Shown: positions 1 through 8,945 of the stretch, one piece after another
Layout of the letters: each line of letters starts with the position of its first letter
Numbering within the stretch: position 1 is the stretch's first letter
Virus record (IMG/VR): IMGVR_UViG_2840904412_000001
Span: 2,587 to 66,586 of that record
Reading direction: 5' to 3' (one strand)
Source of the DNA: a virus
Taxonomy: Duplodnaviria; Caudoviricetes
Length of the DNA stretch: 64,000 nucleotides
Made by a program: the position numbers and the translations under genes
The notes under the pieces: model-generated
Database searches by the model: none
Told to the model about the DNA's origin: nothing
Seen by the model: only the letters and a program-made list of their open reading frames with translations

Positions 1-1
1 A

Positions 2-187
2 GAGGTTAACACTATTACACAAGAGGACCGTGAGGCTTTCATGGATAAATTCAAATCAGAATCCCAACGTCGTGATAAACCTACTCGTCAGTTAAATGAT
101 GCATATTTAGCATATATGGATGTTCGTAACAATGGTGAGAATGCAAGTCCAAGTTCTCTAAAAACTGTTAAAGACTTTATTAAGTAA
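2..187 (+). CDS. 3' end of a gene upstream of the major capsid gene (partial)
   Basis: Frame 2 is open from the window start to TAA 185-187 (...SLKTVKDFIK*). Confidence 0.6.
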   Translation, partial: EVNTITQEDREAFMDKFKSESQRRDKPTRQLNDAYLAYMDVRNNGENASPSSLKTVKDFIK

Positions 188-200
188 TACAAAGTAGTTG

Positions 201-210
201 TGTTATATTA
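201..210 (+). promoter_or_regulatory. Putative late promoter motif TGTTATATTA (capsid)
   Basis: Exact decamer upstream of the capsid gene. It recurs at 4578, 14410 and 24426 in the structural region and matches the late-promoter consensus I recall for K-like phages. Confidence 0.6.
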
Positions 211-278
211 TACATGAAATTAAATTAGTAAAATAAAGATACATAATTAAATTTATAAATGAAAGGTGATTCTACTAT

Positions 279-1667
279 ATGCATAAAGATAATAACTTGA
301 CAGCGGAACAGCATAAATACGCTGATAAGTTCCAAGAAGAAGTAATGAAATCCTACCAAACAGGATATGGCATTACACCTGATACACAAGTAGACGCAGG
401 CGCATTACGCCGTGAAATCTTAGATGACCAAATTACAATGTTAACATGGACGCAAGATGATTTAATTTTCTACCGTGAAATCTCACGTCGTCCTGCTCAA
501 TCAACAGTTCAAAAATATGATGTTTACTTACGTCATGGTAATGTAGGTCATTCACGTTTTGTTCGTGAGATTGGTGTAGCACCAGTATCTGACCCTAATA
601 TCCGTCAAAAGACTGTTGAAATGAAATATGTTTCTGATACTAAAAACTTATCAATTGCATCAACTCTTGTTAATAACATTCAAGACCCAATGCAAATCTT
701 AACAGAAGATGCTATTGCGGTTGTTGCAAAAACAATTGAATGGGCTTCATTCTACGGTGACGCTTCATTAACAGCAGACCCAACAGGTCAAGGTTTAGAG
801 TTTGATGGTTTAGCAAAATTAATTGACAAAGGGAATGTAATTGATGCTAAAGGTGAGCCATTAACAGAAACATTATTAAACCGTTCAGCAGTATTAATTG
901 GTAAATCATTTGGTACAGCAACTGACGCTTACATGCCTATTGGTGTTCACGCTGACTTTGTAAACTCTGTATTAGGACGTCAAATGCAACTCATGCAAGA
1001 TAACAGTGGTAACGTAAATGCAGGATTTAATGTACAAGGTTTCTATTCATCTCGTGGATTCATTAAGTTACATGGTTCTACAGTAATGGAAAATGAATTA
1101 ATTTTAAATGAAGATTTACAACCTTTACCAAACGCACCACAACCTGCTAAAGTAAAAGCTGAAGTTGAAGAGGACAAAAAAGGTTTATTCACAGATGAAC
1201 ATGACCGTGCAGAATTAACTTATAAAGTAGTAGTTAGCTCTGATGATGCACAATCAGCACCTTCAGAAGCAGTAAAAGCTACAGTTAACAACGCTACAGA
1301 TGGCGTTAAGTTAGAGATTTCTGTTAATGCTATGTATCAACAACAACCTCAATTCGTTTCTATCTACCGTCAAGGACGTAAAACAGGTGACTTCTACTTA
1401 ATCAAACGAGTAGGTATGAAAGAAGTAAACGAAGAAGGTAAATTAGTATTCTATGACCTTAACGAAACAATTCCTGAAACAACAGATGTATTCGTTGGTG
1501 AAATGTCACCACAAGTATTACACTTGTTTGAGTTACTCCCAATGATGAAATTACCATTAGCTCAAATTAACGCCTCTGTTACATTTGCGGTATTATGGTA
1601 TGGCGCATTAGCATTACGTGCTCCTAAAAAATGGGTACGTATTAAAAACGTTCGTTACATTGTTTAA
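279..1667 (+). CDS. Major capsid protein
   Basis: 462 aa; KSYQTGYGITPDTQVDAGALRRE motif typical of Twort/K/A511 capsid proteins. Confidence 0.95.
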   Translation: MHKDNNLTAEQHKYADKFQEEVMKSYQTGYGITPDTQVDAGALRREILDDQITMLTWTQDDLIFYREISRRPAQSTVQKYDVYLRHGNVGHSRFVREIGVAPVSDPNIRQKTVEMKYVSDTKNLSIASTLVNNIQDPMQILTEDAIAVVAKTIEWASFYGDASLTADPTGQGLEFDGLAKLIDKGNVIDAKGEPLTETLLNRSAVLIGKSFGTATDAYMPIGVHADFVNSVLGRQMQLMQDNSGNVNAGFNVQGFYSSRGFIKLHGSTVMENELILNEDLQPLPNAPQPAKVKAEVEEDKKGLFTDEHDRAELTYKVVVSSDDAQSAPSEAVKATVNNATDGVKLEISVNAMYQQQPQFVSIYRQGRKTGDFYLIKRVGMKEVNEEGKLVFYDLNETIPETTDVFVGEMSPQVLHLFELLPMMKLPLAQINASVTFAVLWYGALALRAPKKWVRIKNVRYIV

Positions 1668-1701
1668 TAGAATATACAAAAAATTAAATATAAAATTTTA
1701 T

Positions 1702-1730
1702 AGCATGGGTCAAATTCCCATGCTTTTTTT
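1702..1730 (+). terminator. Rho-independent terminator
   Basis: AGCATGGG-loop-CCCATGCT followed by a T tract. Confidence 0.8.
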
Positions 1731-1754
1731 ATTAAATATATAAGGAGACTTGAT

Positions 1755-2024
1755 ATGTTACATTACTATAAACCTAACCTTAAAATTGCTACTATCTATG
1801 GAGAAATCACAGTAGACGAAAATGGAAAAGTTAGTGGGTTAACAAAAACACAAGAGAAAGATTTTAAAGATATTTTAGGTTACACTTACACAGAAGATAA
1901 AAAACCGCAAGCAAAGAAAGAAGAACCAAAAGAAGAAAATAAAGAAGAAGTAAAAACAGAACCTAAAAAGAAAACAACACGACGAACTACACGAAAAACA
2001 ACAACTAAAAAAGATGAAGAGTAA
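1755..2024 (+). CDS. Conserved hypothetical protein (K/E/T-rich tail)
   Basis: AAGGAG RBS; conserved position after the capsid gene. Confidence 0.75.
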   Translation: MLHYYKPNLKIATIYGEITVDENGKVSGLTKTQEKDFKDILGYTYTEDKKPQAKKEEPKEENKEEVKTEPKKKTTRRTTRKTTTKKDEE

Positions 2025-2035
2025 GGTGGTATTTT

Positions 2036-2947
2036 ATGGTTAATTCCATGTTCGGAGGAAATTTAGACCCTTATGAAAAATCACTAAATTATGAGTACCC
2101 TTACCACCCATCAGGCAATCCTAAACAAATAGATGTAAAAGATATAGAGAACTTAACTTTAGCAGACTATGGTTGGACTCCAGAGGCTATTAAAAACCAC
2201 TACATGTTTGGTGTTACCGTACAAAACCCAGATACAGGTCAGCCTATGGACGACTCTTTTTATAATCATGTCTTGGAGATAGCCATAGACAAAGCTGAAA
2301 AAGCGTTGGATATTATTATTCTACCAGATATTAAAAAAGAGATGCGTGACTATTATGAAACAGAATTTAATAGTTATATGTTTGTTCATGCTTTTAATAA
2401 ACCTATTTTACAAGTAGAAAAGTTACAATTAGGTTTTAATGGTAGAACTATTTATGATTATCCTGCTAACTGGTGGAAAGTAAGTCATGTGGGAGGACAT
2501 GTACAGTTATTTCCTACAGCGTTAATGCAAACAGGGCAATCTTTAGCTTACGATGCAGTATTTAATGGGTATCCACAACTAGCAGGAGTATACCCACCGA
2601 GTGGAGCAAACTTTGCCCCCCAGATGATTCAATTAGAGTATGTAGCAGGTATGTTACCACGTAAACGTGCAGGAGTAACTAAACCATGGGAAGTCCCACC
2701 TAGTTTAGAACAACTAGTTATAAAATATGCTTTAAAAGAAATTTATCAAGTATGGGGAAATTTAATAATAGGTGCAGGTATTGCAAACAAATCTCTAGAA
2801 GTAGACGGTATTAGTGAAACTATTGGTACTACACAATCTGCTATGTATGGTGGAGCATCAGCACAGATTATTCAAATTGATGCTGATATTAAAGAATTAT
2901 TGTCTGGATTACGTTCTTATTATGGGAACAATATGGTAGGAATTTAA
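2036..2947 (+). CDS. Virion neck / head-tail connector protein
   Basis: 303 aa MVNSMFGG... family of K-like phages; synteny. Confidence 0.7.
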   Translation: MVNSMFGGNLDPYEKSLNYEYPYHPSGNPKQIDVKDIENLTLADYGWTPEAIKNHYMFGVTVQNPDTGQPMDDSFYNHVLEIAIDKAEKALDIIILPDIKKEMRDYYETEFNSYMFVHAFNKPILQVEKLQLGFNGRTIYDYPANWWKVSHVGGHVQLFPTALMQTGQSLAYDAVFNGYPQLAGVYPPSGANFAPQMIQLEYVAGMLPRKRAGVTKPWEVPPSLEQLVIKYALKEIYQVWGNLIIGAGIANKSLEVDGISETIGTTQSAMYGGASAQIIQIDADIKELLSGLRSYYGNNMVGI

Positions 2948-2958
2948 GGACTGATTAA

Positions 2959-3846
2959 ATGGAAAAAAGATATATTTTAGGTTCAACTAACAATGCAGAA
3001 GTATTTAATAAATCTACACAGTACTCAACAAATACAGGTAGTATGGAACAAGATAAAACAAAGTATACAACTAGATTAGAATTTGATACTACTGATATGA
3101 TTAGATTTATTAATGACAGAGGAATTAAAGTCTTATGGGAAAGTGCTTACTTTTGTCCTTGTTTAAATAAGCAAACAGGGCAACCTAGAATGGATTGTCC
3201 TAGATGCCATGGTAAAGGTATAGCATACTTACCACCCAAGGAAACAGTTATGATGATTCAATCCCAAGAAAAAGGAACTAATTATATGGATATAGGACTA
3301 CTTGATACAGGTACAGCTATTGGTACTACATTACTTGAAACAAGAGTGTCTTACAGAGATAGATTTACTGTACCAGAAGTATTAATGCCTCAGGCATCTA
3401 TACACTATGTAAGTGAAGAGCGTATAGAGAAAGGAATACCTATGTACTATGATGTAAAAGAGATAGAATACATAGCCACACAAGATGGTATTGTACCTAA
3501 AGATGATTATAAATTAGAAAATAACAGATTATTTTTAGATAAAAAATACAAAGGTCAAAATGTTACTATTAAAATATTAATGGTACTTAGATATATTGTT
3601 TCAGATATTTTAAAAGAGTCAAGATACCAATATACTAAATTTAACCAGTCAAGACCTAAATTTGAGAATCTACCACAAAAACTATTACTAAAAAGAGAAG
3701 ATGTTATTGTTACACCTGCTCCTTATAAAGTAGAAAGTGGTATAGGTAATGATATAGAGGCAAAAGTGGAGGACCCTAAAGCTACACCTAATAAGCCTAA
3801 TATTAGTAATATAGGTGGATTCTTTGGAGGAGCGTTTGAATCTTAA
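2959..3846 (+). CDS. Virion head-tail/neck structural protein (CxC...CxxC)
   Basis: FCPC...CPRCHGKG motif; synteny with K-like phages. Confidence 0.7.
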   Translation: MEKRYILGSTNNAEVFNKSTQYSTNTGSMEQDKTKYTTRLEFDTTDMIRFINDRGIKVLWESAYFCPCLNKQTGQPRMDCPRCHGKGIAYLPPKETVMMIQSQEKGTNYMDIGLLDTGTAIGTTLLETRVSYRDRFTVPEVLMPQASIHYVSEERIEKGIPMYYDVKEIEYIATQDGIVPKDDYKLENNRLFLDKKYKGQNVTIKILMVLRYIVSDILKESRYQYTKFNQSRPKFENLPQKLLLKREDVIVTPAPYKVESGIGNDIEAKVEDPKATPNKPNISNIGGFFGGAFES

Positions 3847-4490
3847 TGAGTAAAAGAGTACAGGTGAAAGGTAATAGACCTTCTTTATTTAAAGGTGACC
3901 AACCAAGAAAAGTAGGCAGAAAAGCTATTAATGAAATGAAAGCAGAGATTTTAGATAATCTACAAGTAGTAGCTCAGTCAGCGTCAGATGAAGATGTTTA
4001 TATTAAACGTATGCCTAACTACTTAGAGGTCACTGAAAAACAATTAGAAAAGCAAGGTGTTATTGACCTTAAAAAAGCGTTTGCTAAATCTAGTAAACGT
4101 AAACCTAAAAAAGATGGCGGTTGGTATCTTATTGTACCTATAAGAATCAAAGCAAAAAGCCTTAATAGAAAAGCATATCATGATTTAAGAAAAGCACAAA
4201 TACCTAGTGGCGCAAAATCTGTTACTAAAGTAACTGACTATTTAGAAGGTAGAAGAAGAGCTGTTACTCACCCTGCATTAAAACCACAACCTATGAGTAA
4301 AAATACAACACGATTTAAAACAAAAAATAAGAAGCAATCCGGTTATGCAATATTTAGAACAGTTTCTAATACTTCTCCTGCAAATTCATGGATTTTAAAT
4401 AGAGATAAAGTAACGAATAAGAATTTTTCTAAAACAACAATTAGAAATATAGAACGACTTATGAAATGGAAACTAGAAAATATGAAATAA
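3846..4490 (+). CDS. Basic conserved protein of the head-tail module
   Basis: Coupled start/stop; GGWYLIVPIR motif; synteny. Confidence 0.65.
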   Translation: MSKRVQVKGNRPSLFKGDQPRKVGRKAINEMKAEILDNLQVVAQSASDEDVYIKRMPNYLEVTEKQLEKQGVIDLKKAFAKSSKRKPKKDGGWYLIVPIRIKAKSLNRKAYHDLRKAQIPSGAKSVTKVTDYLEGRRRAVTHPALKPQPMSKNTTRFKTKNKKQSGYAIFRTVSNTSPANSWILNRDKVTNKNFSKTTIRNIERLMKWKLENMK

Positions 4491-4505
4491 GGTAGGTGAG
4501 TTATT

Positions 4506-5363
4506 ATAGCTATTATTTCTATGGACTCGTATTTAAGAAAAGAATTAGAGCCTAGACTACGTACAGTACTACATAATTGTTATATTATAGATGAAGTTTT
4601 AAAAGACTTTGATGAACAAGCTCGTGATTCTTTTAAAGAATCATTTTGTGGTAAGGACGCGCCTAATGAGGTTACTATAGGTTATGATTTTCCTAAGTTC
4701 AAAACAAACCATGGAGCACATTATTTAATACAACTAGATGAAGGCAGTGAAACAAAAAATTCAATAGGTAATGTTCAAGGCTCGTACACAGAGGCTAATG
4801 ACGATACCAAACGGGAATTAACTACAGCAAAAAAAGTAGATGATAGATTAGTCTTTACTTTATCTAAACCTATTCATGAAGTTTTATATGTAGAGGATAT
4901 TGCTTTTTCTTCATCAGATGAAGTTCTTATTGATGATAATACATTTTCTTTTAACTATGAAGGTAATGAAGAATATGAAGGATATAATGCTATCATTACA
5001 TATGTAGAAAAAACCAACAATACTAAAGGTATCGTTAAAGGGTTTACAGCTGAAGAACGTTGTATTATTGTAGGGCTATCATACAATGTAGATGTTGCCA
5101 GATGTTTAGATGCTATTCTAAAGATGTTATTAATATCTATGAGAGATAGTATAGAAGAGCAACAGTCCTTACAATTACAGAATCTAAGTTTTGGTACTAT
5201 GGCACCTATTATAGATGATGGGGAGAGTCCTATCTTTGGTAGACCCACTACTATTAAGTATACAGTATCACACGACTTAGATTATACAATTACACAAGAT
5301 ATTAATAAACTTACTTTCAAGGAAAGGAAAGATAAGAATGGCAAGGAAAAGAACAACACCTAA
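4506..5363 (+). CDS. Tail terminator/neck-type structural protein; probable ATA start at 4506 (first ATG 4521)
   Basis: 280+ aa ORF. SD AGGTAGGTGA lies 6 nt before an in-frame ATA. Confidence 0.65.
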   Translation: MAIISMDSYLRKELEPRLRTVLHNCYIIDEVLKDFDEQARDSFKESFCGKDAPNEVTIGYDFPKFKTNHGAHYLIQLDEGSETKNSIGNVQGSYTEANDDTKRELTTAKKVDDRLVFTLSKPIHEVLYVEDIAFSSSDEVLIDDNTFSFNYEGNEEYEGYNAIITYVEKTNNTKGIVKGFTAEERCIIVGLSYNVDVARCLDAILKMLLISMRDSIEEQQSLQLQNLSFGTMAPIIDDGESPIFGRPTTIKYTVSHDLDYTITQDINKLTFKERKDKNGKEKNNT

Positions 5364-5547
5364 GTATAAACATACTGGATACGTTCATATTGACACCTTC
5401 TTAGATACAGCAAAAACTGTATTCCATTTATCAGAAGGACAATGTGAAGGTTTTAGAGCCCTTATGACAGGTAAACATTATCAATTTCAAGAAACAGACT
5501 TCTTACCTTACTTAGAAGATTATTTAGGTAAGAAATTAGAAGTTTAA
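5338..5547 (+). CDS. Small conserved protein preceding the tail sheath gene
   Basis: GYVHIDTFL motif; RBS present; synteny. Confidence 0.7.
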   Translation: MARKRTTPKYKHTGYVHIDTFLDTAKTVFHLSEGQCEGFRALMTGKHYQFQETDFLPYLEDYLGKKLEV

Positions 5548-5548
5548 A

Positions 5549-5804
5549 ATAAAGGACTTACTTATTTAGTTGGTCTCAAGCCTCAGTGACTAGGGGGTTG
5601 GAAACAACGTATCCTAGATATGAACTACGTTAGAGGATAATGGTAAAGACTTACCTTCAGATGCACGCTTTAGTCGGAAGCTCTAAGAGTGTGAACAAAG
5701 AAACACTTCTAAGTCATTTGATATGAAGTGATAACATGGAAGCACATATCCACCCTTTGACATTGGCAAAAAGCAAAATACCACGAAAGTGAGGTTAGAC
5801 AGAA
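5549..5804 (+). ncRNA. Putative IscB omegaRNA scaffold
   Basis: GC-enriched non-coding region with hairpins (GAAA loops) directly upstream of iscB, the established location. Boundaries approximate. Confidence 0.7.
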
Positions 5805-7043
5805 ATGTCTAATAAATATTGTTTTGTATTAGATTATGATGGTAAACCATTATCACCAACTAAAGAAAACAAAGGTTGGTTTCTAATACGTAAAGGTAAA
5901 GCAACATTAGAAAAGAAATACCCAATGACCATACGTTTAAATAAACGTGTAGAAGATAAAGACTTAGATAAATCAAAAATGCATGTAGGTATTGATGATG
6001 GTTCTAAACATGTAGGGTTATCTATTGTTCAAGAAGGAGAGACTAAAAATAAAGTAGTTTTTAAATCTACAATAGAATTAAGACAAAATGTAAAGAAATT
6101 AATGGATACGAGAAGAGGTTTAAGAAGATACAAAAGATATCATAAAAGATACAGACCTTCACGTTTTAATAATCGTAAATCTTCTAGGAATACAGGTAGA
6201 TTAGCTCCTAGTATTAAACAAAAGAAACAGTCTATTATACGAGTAGTTAAAGAGTTAAACAAACACATAAGATTTAATCGTATTCATTTAGAAGATGTAG
6301 CTATTGATACTAGAGCTATGACAGATGGTTACAAACCTTATAAATGGCAATATACTAAGTCTAATCGTTTAGATGAAAATATACGTAAAGCTGTTATTAT
6401 CAGAGATAATAATACTTGCCAAATGAGTGGTAATAAAAATGTAAGAATGGAAGTTCATCATATTATTCCTAAACGTTTAAATGGTTCTAACTCTATAAAT
6501 AACTTAATTACTTTGTGTACAGAATGTCATAGGGAAGTAACAGGTAAAGAAGAACAATACATTGATTATTTACAATCTATTGTAGGAAAGAAAACAAACA
6601 CCTTTTTAAATCATGCTTCACATGTAATGATAGGTAAAACTTACTTAAGACAAGAGTTATCTAAAATTGCCTCCATAAGATTAACAACAGGTGGGGACAC
6701 AGCAAATAAACGTATTGATTGGAATATAGAAAAAACACATTCTAATGATGCAATCGTAATTACAAATTTAATTCCTAGTAAGGATTTAAATATAGAAGAA
6801 TATGTAGTTAAACCAATAAGAAGAAAAAGTAAATCTATTTATAATAATGTTAATGGAATTAAGCATAGAGATATTGTTCAATATACTTATAGAAATGGTG
6901 ACACGCATATAGGCTATGTTACAGGTCTTATACCTAGTAGAAAGGCTATTAATTTCCAATCGTCAACAAAGCATTGCAAAGCAGTCAATGCTAAGAAAGT
7001 TAAGTTATTATGGAGATTTACAAATATGTATTGGTTAACATAA
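5805..7043 (+). CDS. iscB: IscB RNA-guided endonuclease (RRXRR/HNH)
   Basis: PLMP-like GKPLSPT, RuvC-I GIDDG, Arg-rich bridge helix RRGLRRYKR, RuvC-II LEDV, HNH EVHHII..N..LITLC..CH, RuvC-III HSNDA. Confidence 0.92.
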   Translation: MSNKYCFVLDYDGKPLSPTKENKGWFLIRKGKATLEKKYPMTIRLNKRVEDKDLDKSKMHVGIDDGSKHVGLSIVQEGETKNKVVFKSTIELRQNVKKLMDTRRGLRRYKRYHKRYRPSRFNNRKSSRNTGRLAPSIKQKKQSIIRVVKELNKHIRFNRIHLEDVAIDTRAMTDGYKPYKWQYTKSNRLDENIRKAVIIRDNNTCQMSGNKNVRMEVHHIIPKRLNGSNSINNLITLCTECHREVTGKEEQYIDYLQSIVGKKTNTFLNHASHVMIGKTYLRQELSKIASIRLTTGGDTANKRIDWNIEKTHSNDAIVITNLIPSKDLNIEEYVVKPIRRKSKSIYNNVNGIKHRDIVQYTYRNGDTHIGYVTGLIPSRKAINFQSSTKHCKAVNAKKVKLLWRFTNMYWLT

Positions 7044-7099
7044 CAAATTATATTATGATATACAATCAAGTATATTTTAAATAAAGGAGACTATAATAC

Positions 7100-8863
7100 A
7101 TGGCAAAAGATATATTTCCACGTAGACCTATCCAACGCCCACATGCTTCCGTTGAAGTAGATACCTCTGGTATTGGCGGTTCAGCTAGTAACAGTGAGAA
7201 AATTCTATGTTTAATTGGTAAATCAGAAGGTGGAGAACCTAATACAGTCTACCAAGTACGAAATTATGCACAAGCTAAATCAGTATTTCGTTCCGGTGAA
7301 TTACTAGATGCAATTGAGTTAGCTTGGGGTTCTAACCCACAATATACAGCAGGTAAAATTTTAGCTATGCGTGTGGAAGATGCTAAAGCATCTCAATTAG
7401 AAAAAGGCGGATTACGAGTAACGTCTAAAATCTTTGGTTCTGTATCTAATGACATCCAAGTTGCATTAGAGAAGAATACAATCACAGATTCTTTACGTTT
7501 ACGAGTTGTTTTCCAAAGAGATAATTATCAAGAAGTATTTGATAATTTAGGTAACATCTTCTCTATTAATTATAAAGGTGAAGGTGACTCTGCTACATTC
7601 TCAGTAGAGAAAGATAAAGAAACACAAGAGGCAAAACGTTTAGTATTAAAAGTAGATGAAAAAGAAGTTAAAGCCTATGAACTAAATGGTGGTGCTTACT
7701 CTTTCACTAATGAAATTATTACTGATATTAATGAGTTACCTGACTTTGAGGCAAAATTATCACCATTCGGTGATAAGAACTTAGAATCTAAAAAACTAGA
7801 TGAGATGAAAGACGTAGACATTAAAGGTAAAGCTGTTTATGTTAAAGCCGTATTTGGAGATATTGAAAATCAAACTCAATACAATCAGTACGTTACGTTT
7901 GAACAACTACCGGAACAATCATCAGAACCTAGTGAGGTAGAAGTAGAAGCGCACGAAGATTCCGCAATTGTATCGGCTACATCTAAACCTAAAGCAATTG
8001 AACCATTCGAACTAACTAAACTTTCTGGAGGTACTAACGGTGAGCCACCTGCGTCTTGGTCATCTAAATTAGAGAAGTTTAAAAATGAAGGTGGATACTA
8101 CATTGTACCTTTAACTGACCGTCAGTCAGTACATTCAGAGGTTGCAACATTCGTTAAGAATCGTTCTGACGCAGGGGAGCCTATGCGTGCCATTGTAGGT
8201 GGCGGAGTCTCTGAAACAAAAGAGAAATTATTCGGACGACAAGCTATCTTAAATAACCCTCGTGTTGCATTAGTAGCTAACTCTGGTAAATTTGTTATGG
8301 GTAATGGTCGTATTTTACAAGCTCCTGCTTACATGGTAGCTAGTGCTGTCGCAGGTTTAGCTAGTGGTTTAGATATTGGTGAATCAATTACATTTAAACC
8401 ATTATTTGTAAATAGCTTAGATAAAGTTTACGAATCAGAGGAATTAGATGAACTTAATGAGAATGGTATTATTTCTATTGAGTTTGTACGTAATCGTATG
8501 ACTACAATGTTCCGAATTGTAGATGATGTTACAACATTCCCTGATAAGAATGACCCAGTTAAGTCCGAAATGGCTTTAGGTGAGGCAAATGACTTCTTAG
8601 TAAGTGAACTTAAAATCTTACTTGAGGAACAATATATTGGTACTCGTACTATTAATACAAGTGCTTCACAAATTAAAGACTTTGTACAATCTTACTTAGG
8701 TCGTAAAAAACGTGATAATGAAATTCAAGATTTCCCACCTGAAGATGTTCAAGTAATTATTGAAGGTAATGAAGCTAGAATTAGTTTAACTATCTTCCCA
8801 ATTAGAGCACTTAAGAAAATTTCAGTATCACTTGTTTATAGACAACAAACATTACAAGCCTAA
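7100..8863 (+). CDS. Tail sheath protein
   Basis: 587 aa, FPRRPIQRPHA N-terminus typical of K-like sheath proteins. Confidence 0.95.
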   Translation: MAKDIFPRRPIQRPHASVEVDTSGIGGSASNSEKILCLIGKSEGGEPNTVYQVRNYAQAKSVFRSGELLDAIELAWGSNPQYTAGKILAMRVEDAKASQLEKGGLRVTSKIFGSVSNDIQVALEKNTITDSLRLRVVFQRDNYQEVFDNLGNIFSINYKGEGDSATFSVEKDKETQEAKRLVLKVDEKEVKAYELNGGAYSFTNEIITDINELPDFEAKLSPFGDKNLESKKLDEMKDVDIKGKAVYVKAVFGDIENQTQYNQYVTFEQLPEQSSEPSEVEVEAHEDSAIVSATSKPKAIEPFELTKLSGGTNGEPPASWSSKLEKFKNEGGYYIVPLTDRQSVHSEVATFVKNRSDAGEPMRAIVGGGVSETKEKLFGRQAILNNPRVALVANSGKFVMGNGRILQAPAYMVASAVAGLASGLDIGESITFKPLFVNSLDKVYESEELDELNENGIISIEFVRNRMTTMFRIVDDVTTFPDKNDPVKSEMALGEANDFLVSELKILLEEQYIGTRTINTSASQIKDFVQSYLGRKKRDNEIQDFPPEDVQVIIEGNEARISLTIFPIRALKKISVSLVYRQQTLQA

Positions 8864-8945
8864 TGTTTTATCTCGTATAGAGGGTTTAGGCTTGTAATAC
8901 CCTTTATAAATTAAAAGAAAATGAAATTAATGGAGAGTGAATTAA

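Larger units (their letters stand above)
5549..7080 (+). mobile_element. Non-autonomous IS200/IS605-superfamily iscB element
   Basis: About 250 nt structured non-coding leader plus iscB, bounded by AAATAAAGGA at 5547-5556 and 7079-7088; no tnpA. Confidence 0.8.
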
